Shown here piece by piece: positions 56,172 to 64,000 of a stretch of 64,000 nt of DNA; the first letter of the stretch is position 1; each line of letters begins with the position of its first letter. Under the pieces are notes generated by a model that saw only the letters and a program-made list of their open reading frames with translations, did not search any database and was not told where the DNA came from. Source of the DNA: an uncultured virus (IMG/VR IMGVR_UViG_3300027771_000010) (Duplodnaviria > Heunggongvirae > Uroviricota > Caudoviricetes); the IMG/VR virus record IMGVR_UViG_3300027771_000010; one strand, 5' to 3'. A program made the translations under genes and the position numbers.

Positions 56172-59100
56172 TTGGCAATTAACATTAACCATAGTGCAGG
56201 AAAACTTAAATCAGATAGTGATTTAATATTAGATGCTGGCGCATCTAACAACATTGACGTATCTGCTAAAATAGTTAAAAATGCTTCCGACCCAGTTGAT
56301 CCTCAAGATCTTGTTACAAAAGTATATTTAGAAACTGCAATTTTAAACGTTGATGCTTCAGGTGATGCTGATACTGATTCCGTTTTAGAAATTATTGAAA
56401 ACATTAGAACAGACTCTTATGTTAAGTCTGTTGATTTTGTCTCTGATATTATATCAGGTGGTGCAGGATTAACAGCTACTCTAACTATTACTTCAGTAGG
56501 TAATCCAAACAAATATACAATTGCTTGGGGTGATGGCAATTCTACTACAGCTACATCAGATTCAACACCTACACATACCTATGCTACAAATGCAGGCAGT
56601 CCATTTGATGTAAACGTAACAGCGTTTAATGACACTGGAACTGGTGCAGGTAGTTCAGCACAAAAATTAAGAGAAGATTATATTGCAATTTTCACAGGAG
56701 ATCCAATTGTTTCATTTACTGCATACGACTCCCTTATAGGAGGAAATGCAATTGCATATTGGAATGATGGAGATACTGTATATTTTGAGAATACAACATC
56801 AAGCACCACCGGTGCAATAATTCAATATACTTGGGCATGGGGAGACTCATCAGGTGATGACGTAATTACTTCAGATAGTGTAGCAGGTGGAGTCGGCGGC
56901 GGACGTATAGCCCACACATTTGCCCTTGCATCAGAAACTGATGTTACAAGGACCGTTGCACTAACACTTGATAATCATAATACTGCAACACCAGCTCTGT
57001 TACCAATAGATGATAATTCATCTTATAAGATATATGATACACATACTCCAGACACTGTATCAAACTTAACAACAGGTATAAACGAAGAGTCAAACAATGG
57101 CTTAACTATTCAGTTTACAAACAATACAGAAAGCACTATAGGAGATTACAGCACATACGGAATAACGTATCTGTGGGAATTTGGTGATGGTGCAACTACA
57201 ACAGTTAATGCAGGAAGTGGACAAGCTGGCGACACTGGTACTTCTATTTCGCACAAGTATACATTAGCATCTAATAGTACAGCAGAAGATTTTACTGGAA
57301 GACTAAAAGTTATTAGTGATCATACAAGTAGTCCATTCATAAGTTCAGATTTTACAATACATGTTGAACCAGATGTTAGAGCAAACATTACAGGTAGCGT
57401 TGATACAATTTCAGACCGTACGGGTGATAATCAATATGATGTATATGACGGCGTTGATTATAACAGCATAAACAGAGCATTAGTAACAGTAAATAATTTA
57501 AGTGAAAATGGTGACAGTCATATATATGATTGGAATGATGCTAGTGCTAATGATATAGAAGCTGGACTAGCAAGTGTCCAACATGATTTTACAGGCATTG
57601 CACCTGGTAACTATGCATTAGATTTTACAGCAACAGGAACACCAGACATAACAGCACAAACAGATACAGCTAGCTTACCTTTCCAGGTTAATGCAGTTCC
57701 ATCTGCACCTGCTGGTTTAAGTACAAAAACAATAACATTAGATAATCCAGCAGTAGGTATTAATCCAAAACTAGCTAGCGGGTTTACTGATAACAGTAGT
57801 TCAAGTCCACTAGTTGCTAGTGATTCGTTGAATACTACTGTAGCAAGAAGATATACAAGTGGAACCATTGATACAACAATTGCACAAAATGCATATAACG
57901 GATTAGCAGGAACATTATCAGCAATGATAAATGGATCAGCAGATGGAACTACTACGTTTAGTAACACACTAAACGAAAATGGGATACATGATAGCTTAGT
58001 GGTTAGCGGACAAGACGATGCTAATAATACAATAAGTGCTTCAACATATCCTACAGGTTTTTACCAAACATTTGATGCAAAAATTAATAAACCTTTTGCA
58101 GAGTACCCAACAGGTGTGAATGATGAAAGAATAGAACACAGTAATACAGGTAATACAAACTACGTAACCGTTGTGTGTGATGACTTAACTGCCGTACCTA
58201 CACTTGATATTACTGGTTCGATTCTTTCTGAAAACAATGCAGGAACTTATAGATACATATCGGGCATACCTTACTATAACACAGGTAGCCCGACATTGTC
58301 AATAAGCGGCATTGAAATTAGTAATTGGATAGGACAAGCGTATACAGATACAAACTTAGTTCTTGAGATTACTAATGGTACTAATTCTGAAAACACTACA
58401 GGTGCAACAGTTAGTACACAGTTTAAAGGATATGCTGATTTAGAAGACGCAACTTATTTAACTAGTGGAATTCCACAAGCAAATACATTGACTTACAGCT
58501 TTGCAGACCAACTTATTAACATAACAACAAGTAATGTTAAGACCGTTGAGACGCTTAAATTCAAGGCTAATAACGTCAATGGTAGCTCAAACTACGTAGA
58601 GTTGGCAAACACCGCTGTACAGGTGCATACAGCTAATCCTACAGGCATTATAGAGGACAGCATTGATGTTAGTGCATCTTTAGGAAATGGAGTAATTACA
58701 GACAATGGTATTCGTATTGTTGATTTCATTGCTTATGGAACAGATACCCCAACTATTAATAGTGCTACTGATTATGCGGCTTCACCATTCACTGGTGCAG
58801 TTAGTGTAAGTGGTACACAAGACGCCACAGTAAGATGGGGCGTAGTAGAACACAATACAACAGATTATTCTACAGGATTTTTACCAGTAGGACCAGACAG
58901 AAGTTCAGACACAGGAACTCAATACTTTACATTTGCATTCCGTAGAAAAGTTGTTGCTAACTTTGATATTGATATCACTTCAAGCGGAATTACTGGAATG
59001 TGGATAGCAGCACCAGGAACAACAATTGATTCGTCAAGTGGATTAAACGGTTGGATAGAATGTACGTCACAATACCAAGGTGTTGGCGTACCAGGAAGTA

Positions 59101-59306
59101 ACACAGCAAATGGCGGTAACGGCGGCAACGGTTGTGCGTTATCGGGTGCAGACGTTATACCAACTGATACGAATATCAATGCAAGTTATACAATGACACT
59201 AGGTAGTGAAAACATGTCTAATGCAACAAACAATGTTGTTTTAGTTAGAATTGGATTAGCAACTGGCAAAAGTATAACACAGTTACAAGTAGGGGAAGCT
59301 AGCTAA
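56172..59306 (+). CDS. PKD/Ig-repeat virion structural protein (1044 aa)
   Basis: Repeated Y.W.WGDG/WEFGDG...H.Y PKD motifs; T/S/G/N/D-rich; TTG start with GAGG RBS; GTAAATA box. Confidence 0.8.
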   Translation: MAININHSAGKLKSDSDLILDAGASNNIDVSAKIVKNASDPVDPQDLVTKVYLETAILNVDASGDADTDSVLEIIENIRTDSYVKSVDFVSDIISGGAGLTATLTITSVGNPNKYTIAWGDGNSTTATSDSTPTHTYATNAGSPFDVNVTAFNDTGTGAGSSAQKLREDYIAIFTGDPIVSFTAYDSLIGGNAIAYWNDGDTVYFENTTSSTTGAIIQYTWAWGDSSGDDVITSDSVAGGVGGGRIAHTFALASETDVTRTVALTLDNHNTATPALLPIDDNSSYKIYDTHTPDTVSNLTTGINEESNNGLTIQFTNNTESTIGDYSTYGITYLWEFGDGATTTVNAGSGQAGDTGTSISHKYTLASNSTAEDFTGRLKVISDHTSSPFISSDFTIHVEPDVRANITGSVDTISDRTGDNQYDVYDGVDYNSINRALVTVNNLSENGDSHIYDWNDASANDIEAGLASVQHDFTGIAPGNYALDFTATGTPDITAQTDTASLPFQVNAVPSAPAGLSTKTITLDNPAVGINPKLASGFTDNSSSSPLVASDSLNTTVARRYTSGTIDTTIAQNAYNGLAGTLSAMINGSADGTTTFSNTLNENGIHDSLVVSGQDDANNTISASTYPTGFYQTFDAKINKPFAEYPTGVNDERIEHSNTGNTNYVTVVCDDLTAVPTLDITGSILSENNAGTYRYISGIPYYNTGSPTLSISGIEISNWIGQAYTDTNLVLEITNGTNSENTTGATVSTQFKGYADLEDATYLTSGIPQANTLTYSFADQLINITTSNVKTVETLKFKANNVNGSSNYVELANTAVQVHTANPTGIIEDSIDVSASLGNGVITDNGIRIVDFIAYGTDTPTINSATDYAASPFTGAVSVSGTQDATVRWGVVEHNTTDYSTGFLPVGPDRSSDTGTQYFTFAFRRKVVANFDIDITSSGITGMWIAAPGTTIDSSSGLNGWIECTSQYQGVGVPGSNTANGGNGGNGCALSGADVIPTDTNINASYTMTLGSENMSNATNNVVLVRIGLATGKSITQLQVGEAS

Positions 59307-60511
59307 TGGCTATTTCTAATAATCAAAAAATTGACTATCTATTTAAGAAATTAGGTTATGGTAGTACAAAAACAGACACAAATGCAAATAAGTTAGCGGC
59401 TAACGAAAGTATAGCTAGTCCACTTTTACTACGTGGTGATAGAGTATGGGCAGAGTCTGGAAGCATACCTGGTGTTAAACCAAATGCTACAACACCCACT
59501 GTTACTATTAAAACTGCAATTGAGTGTACTGAAGATATTACAGCAACAGGAAATAGAACCTGGAAAACAAATACTATAGATTGGATTACTCCTGAGTTTG
59601 GTAGCACATACTTAGTAAGTGTTTATATACATGATGAGAATGATCCCGACAATGCAGAAAGTTTAGCTAACAAAGTATTTGTTACCGGTAGCGGTAATAG
59701 TGACGAATGGTTCTTTGATTACCAAAGTGGTGTACTTAACTTTATTGGTGATAGTCTTCCAAATGGAAAAACGTTTACAGATAAAAGTGTTTACATAAGT
59801 GGTGCAGTTTACGGCGGCCAACTAGGTGTAACAGATCCTGCTGAAACAGCAAATATTAATAATAGTATTGCATCTTTACAAACACAAGTAAGTAGCATCT
59901 TAACTAATACTGATCCAGCAGTACTTGACTCACTTACAGAAATTGTTTCAGCATTTCAAAGTGCGGATAGTGCATTTGCTACATCAACTGACTTAACTAG
60001 TTTAGAAGCACTACTAAGAAACGACTTAGCATTACCAGTATCATCAATAGCACCAGCAGAAACATTTATTGCAACAGGTTCAAGCAGTACATTTACATTA
60101 TCAGAAACTCCAGCTACAACAGAAGCAGTTGATGTATATGTTGATGATGTATTACAAAGACCAGACATATTTACTATTACTGGTGATCAGCTAGTATTTA
60201 CAGACATGCCTATAGCAGGAACAGATGTTTATGTAAAGTATAGATATTCATTCTCACAAACTACTGCTTTTCCAGATAACTGCATAGAAAACAATCACTT
60301 AAAATTGATATATACTAGTAGTCAGTACACAGGTGACAACACTACAAAGGATTACACAATCCAAGCAGGACATTCTGTTCATAGTGTACTTGTTATTGTT
60401 AATGGAGCAGTATTAGCTCCAACAGAATACAGTATAGTTGGTACCACACTAACTATTACTATAGCACCAGCAACGAGTTCAGTCGTTGACTTTAGGTACA
60501 TGCCAATTTAA
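59306..60511 (+). CDS. Virion structural protein (fibre-associated)
   Basis: DPAVLDSLTEIV motif; two C-terminal F/Y-x-G-(D)-G-S/T beta-sandwich repeats with VYVDDVLQ/VIVNG. Confidence 0.7.
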   Translation: MAISNNQKIDYLFKKLGYGSTKTDTNANKLAANESIASPLLLRGDRVWAESGSIPGVKPNATTPTVTIKTAIECTEDITATGNRTWKTNTIDWITPEFGSTYLVSVYIHDENDPDNAESLANKVFVTGSGNSDEWFFDYQSGVLNFIGDSLPNGKTFTDKSVYISGAVYGGQLGVTDPAETANINNSIASLQTQVSSILTNTDPAVLDSLTEIVSAFQSADSAFATSTDLTSLEALLRNDLALPVSSIAPAETFIATGSSSTFTLSETPATTEAVDVYVDDVLQRPDIFTITGDQLVFTDMPIAGTDVYVKYRYSFSQTTAFPDNCIENNHLKLIYTSSQYTGDNTTKDYTIQAGHSVHSVLVIVNGAVLAPTEYSIVGTTLTITIAPATSSVVDFRYMPI

Positions 60512-60693
60512 TCTAAATTGGTTCCAAAATAAACATAATCATATAGGTTAATAGAGAGCAATTTCATATAAATACATTGCGTAGGTTTTATTCTTTTTAT
60601 AAAATCAACGTAGTATGCCTTTTTAAGCAATTGGTATACTTATGCGTGTAAAGATTATACGCATATCAAATATATTTGATTGGAGAAATCTCT

Positions 60694-63600
60694 ATGGCTT
60701 TTAGACAAATTAAGAGTCCAGCGTTAGCGGATCAGTCGATCCTTAACACTAAGTTAGATGTAAGTGCAGTTTCAGGCCAAACTAGTGCTTCATCTTTACA
60801 GAACCTAGATACTCTGTTAGTACACGTTAATGCAACATCAGCATTGGCAGCCGTTTCAGCAGGAGACTTAATTGCCTCTTTTGATACAGCTGACTTAGCT
60901 GAGAATGCGTCAGCAAAATACTTCACAGATGCACGTGCAGTTTCAGCAACAGCCAGCGCCATTTCAACTGCGGTTGATGCGGAAGCGGTTATAGCTAGAG
61001 CAGCAGAAGTAGCAAACGCTAACGCGGTTGTTGCAGAAGCTACGGCAGCACGTTCAGCTGAAGGTACACTAACTGCAGATCTAGCCACCGAAGTAGCTAC
61101 AGCAAGAGCAGCAGAGTCTGCACTAGACATAGCTTACAAATCGGCGGACGCTGGTTTACAAACACAAATAAGCAACATTATTAGTAATGTTGACCCGGCT
61201 GCACTTGACTCGTTAAGTGAAATTGTTGCTGAGTTCCAAACGCAAGATAGTGCTTTAACAGCGGCTATTGTTGCAAACTCAACATTAATTACAAACGAAG
61301 TATCACGTGCAACTACAGCAGAAGGCTTAAATACTACAGCAATTGCAGCGGAAGCTGTTACTGCTAGAGCAAACGAAGGAACTAACGCAACAGCAATAGT
61401 TAATGAAGCGGCTACAGCAAGAGCAGCAGAACAAGCACTAGATGCTCGTACTACTTCTGCAGAAGCTGACATCATTACTAACGCAAATGGACTAGCGGCA
61501 GAAATTGCAACTACAAATGGCGAAGTTTCAACACTAACAGCTGATCTTGCATCAGAAGCGGCTACAGCTAGAGCATCTGAACTTGCAAACGCAACAGATA
61601 TTAATTCTGAATCCGTAGCAAGAGCAACTGCTGATACAGCAGTACGTAGTGAATTTGCAGCAGGAGACGTAGCAGTTACAACAGCTATGGAAACTTATGC
61701 AGATACAGCAGAAGCAGATGCAATTAGTACTGCATCAGGCGATGCAACTACTAAAGCTAATGCGGCACAAGCGGCAGCAATTAGTTCAGCAGAAGCAAAA
61801 GACGTAGCACAAAAAGTAATAAGCGATGCGGCAGACGCAGCATTAGACGTTCGTGTAACAGCATCAGAAGCAGATGTAACAGCACTCGAAACAACTATTG
61901 GTGATATTAGTAACACACCATTAGACACTACAGCTACTTCATTAGGTGGAGCGATTAACGAACTACACACTGAAGTAACAACTGCAACAGCAGGCATAGC
62001 TACTAACGTAACTGACATTGCTACTAACGCAACTGACATTGCAACTAACGCAACTAACATTGCTAACATTGTAAGTAACACAGATGCAGCGGCATTGGAT
62101 TCATTAACAGAAATTGTTACTGCATTCCAAGCAGGCGATAGCACATTAACAGCGGCGTTTAATACTGTTACAACAAGTCTCAATAGTGAGATTAGTGACA
62201 GAGCAAGCGGCGATGCAACATTACAAGCAAACGTTGATGCAGAAGCAGTTACAGCAAGAGCAGCAGAATTAGTAAACGCAACTGCCATTGCTAACGAAGT
62301 AACTAACAGAGCAGCAGCAGACGTAGCAGTTAAAGCGGCAAGTGACGCATACGCAGATACAGCAGAAGCAGACGCAATTGCGTCAGCAGAAGCAAAAGAC
62401 GTAGCACGTATGGTAACTTCAGACGCTTATGCTGATACAGCAGAAGCAGATGCGATCGCTACAGCGGCAGCAGATGCAACTACTAAAGCAGACGCGGCAC
62501 AAGCAGCAGCAGAAGCAACAGCGGCAACAGATGCAAGCGCCAAAGTACTAGTTGAAAAAACTCGTGCCGAAGCAGCAGAAGAAGCTAATGCTATTAACAT
62601 CACTGCAAACGATGGCGACATTGCAACTAACGCAACTGGCATCGCAACGAACGCAAGTGCAATTTCAACTGAAGCAAGCGACAGAGCAGCAGCAGATGTA
62701 GTGTTAAACACTGCAATCACAGCTGAAGCAACTAGAGCGGCAGCGGCAGAACTTGTAAATACTAATGCAATCGCGGCAGAAGCAGTAACATCTAGAGCGG
62801 CAGAACTTGCTAACGCAACAGCGATTAGTGACGAAACATCACGTTCTACAACAATTGATGTTAACCATGCGGCACTTATCGCAACTAACATCTCAGGTAT
62901 TGCTACTAACTTAACTGGTCTAAACAACGAAATTGTTGCGGCTAGAGCAGCAGAAGCAACATTACAAGCCAACATTGATACTGAGACAAGTAGAATTGAT
63001 TCAATTCTAACTAACACAGATCCAGCAGCCTTAGATTCATTAACAGAAATTGTTACTGCATTCCAAACAGCTGACGGAACTATCAATGGTGCAATTACTT
63101 CATTAGCATCAGCTTCATCAGCAGATCGTACACTTGTACGTAGTGAATTTGCGGCAGCAGACACAGCATTAGGCAACCGCCTAACTACTGAAGAAGCTAA
63201 CGTAGACGCACTCGAAACAACTATGGGTTCAGCAACAATTACTACTACAGCACAAACTGTAACAGGTGCGATTAATGAACTTAACAGTGCGAGCTCAGGT
63301 GGTTTAGCAACTTTGCAAGCTGAAGTAGATGCAACACAAGTAGGTGCAGGACTTGCGGCAGACGGTGGATACACAGCTCTTTCAGGTACACATGCAATAG
63401 ATACAGCGGCATCTTTAAAAGGTGCGGACACATTATTGGATGCGGCTATATTAGCTGAGCAGACTGCTAGAACATCAGCAGACGCTACACACACAAGTAA
63501 TATCGCAACAAACACAGCAGGCATTGCAACTAATGTAACTGCAATTGCAACTAACGCAACTAACATCGCAACTAACGTATCAGACATTTCTGCAAACAAT

Positions 63601-64000
63601 GCTAGCATTGTAGCTGAAGCGACACGTGCAGCGGCGGCGGAAGCAGTTAATGCAAATGCAATATCAGCAGAAGCAACTACAGCAAGAGCAGCTGAATTAG
63701 CTAACTCAAATGCAATCGCAGCGGAAGCTGTTACTGCAAGAGCAGCAGAAGCAACTCTTACAACAAACGTAGGATCAAACTTAACCGAAATTACAACAAC
63801 ACAAGCAGGCGCTGGTTTAACAGCAACTGGTTCATATGTTGCTAACGGTTCTGCAAACTTTATTGATACAGCAAGTTCATTAAAAGATGCAGACGACAAA
63901 CTTGATACTGCAATTAACTCTGAAGCAACTACAGCTAGAGCAGCGGAAACAGTGCTAACAAACAACTTAGCATCAGAAGCGTCTACAGCTAGAGCAGCAG
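60694..64000 (+). CDS. Ala/Thr-rich coiled-coil fibre protein (MAFRQIKSPALADQS...), more than 1100 aa, truncated by the window edge
   Basis: GGAGA RBS; frame open to the end of the window (missing from the ORF track because it has no stop); EA.TARAAE, IATN heptads and (D)PAALDSL.EIV repeats. Confidence 0.85.
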   Translation, partial: MAFRQIKSPALADQSILNTKLDVSAVSGQTSASSLQNLDTLLVHVNATSALAAVSAGDLIASFDTADLAENASAKYFTDARAVSATASAISTAVDAEAVIARAAEVANANAVVAEATAARSAEGTLTADLATEVATARAAESALDIAYKSADAGLQTQISNIISNVDPAALDSLSEIVAEFQTQDSALTAAIVANSTLITNEVSRATTAEGLNTTAIAAEAVTARANEGTNATAIVNEAATARAAEQALDARTTSAEADIITNANGLAAEIATTNGEVSTLTADLASEAATARASELANATDINSESVARATADTAVRSEFAAGDVAVTTAMETYADTAEADAISTASGDATTKANAAQAAAISSAEAKDVAQKVISDAADAALDVRVTASEADVTALETTIGDISNTPLDTTATSLGGAINELHTEVTTATAGIATNVTDIATNATDIATNATNIANIVSNTDAAALDSLTEIVTAFQAGDSTLTAAFNTVTTSLNSEISDRASGDATLQANVDAEAVTARAAELVNATAIANEVTNRAAADVAVKAASDAYADTAEADAIASAEAKDVARMVTSDAYADTAEADAIATAAADATTKADAAQAAAEATAATDASAKVLVEKTRAEAAEEANAINITANDGDIATNATGIATNASAISTEASDRAAADVVLNTAITAEATRAAAAELVNTNAIAAEAVTSRAAELANATAISDETSRSTTIDVNHAALIATNISGIATNLTGLNNEIVAARAAEATLQANIDTETSRIDSILTNTDPAALDSLTEIVTAFQTADGTINGAITSLASASSADRTLVRSEFAAADTALGNRLTTEEANVDALETTMGSATITTTAQTVTGAINELNSASSGGLATLQAEVDATQVGAGLAADGGYTALSGTHAIDTAASLKGADTLLDAAILAEQTARTSADATHTSNIATNTAGIATNVTAIATNATNIATNVSDISANNASIVAEATRAAAAEAVNANAISAEATTARAAELANSNAIAAEAVTARAAEATLTTNVGSNLTEITTTQAGAGLTATGSYVANGSANFIDTASSLKDADDKLDTAINSEATTARAAETVLTNNLASEASTARAA
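61996..62067 (+). repeat. 21-nt tandem repeats encoding I-A-T-N-x-T-D/N heptads
   Basis: atagctactaacgtaactgac attgctactaacgcaactgac attgcaactaacgcaactaac; similar array near 63520-63590. Confidence 0.75.

Noticed and set aside
60732..63965. Minus-strand ORFs of 113-512 aa in the ORF track
   Set aside because: Antisense shadows of the GCA/ACA-rich plus-strand fibre gene; the same applies to shadows over the 3383-aa, gp6, acidic core and gp23 genes
1..64000. CRISPR array, alternative genetic code, inteins or integrase
   Set aside because: No spaced direct repeats; core genes are full-length in the standard code with TAA, TGA and TAG all used as stops; no intein-sized insertions or recombinase seen

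Overview
AT-rich, gene-dense segment of a large T4-like tailed phage (myovirus), probably aquatic. No cellular housekeeping genes are present. From left to right: (1) 1-13.4 kb, an accessory modification region (cupin/NTP-transferase/HAD/GDPD-like cassette, two radical SAM enzymes, a 2OG-Fe(II) oxygenase, three glycosyltransferase-like genes, a YhhQ-type 7-deazaguanine transporter); (2) 13.4-36.4 kb, a minus-strand baseplate/tail operon (3383-aa wedge protein, gp6, gp25, HNH, lysozyme-like, gp5, hub, gp53, tube initiator); (3) gp55-like late sigma factor, gp47/gp46, a GIY-YIG gene and a ~690-bp structured non-coding region; (4) a gp26-like chaperone with a candidate programmed -1 frameshift and two tape-measure-like paralogues; (5) the head module gp20-gp21-gp22-gp23; (6) an RNA-regulatory island right after gp23; (7) PKD and Ala-rich coiled-coil fibre genes running off the right edge. 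The standout is the island at 52.9-53.4 kb. It holds a glutamine (glnA-motif) riboswitch ahead of a 38-aa basic peptide, then a complete-looking tryptophan leader-peptide attenuator (Trp codons, 1:2 hairpin, 2:3 antiterminator, 3:4 terminator) whose regulated gene is the phage's own tRNA-Trp(CCA). All calls come from reading motifs by eye; no searches or folding programs were run.
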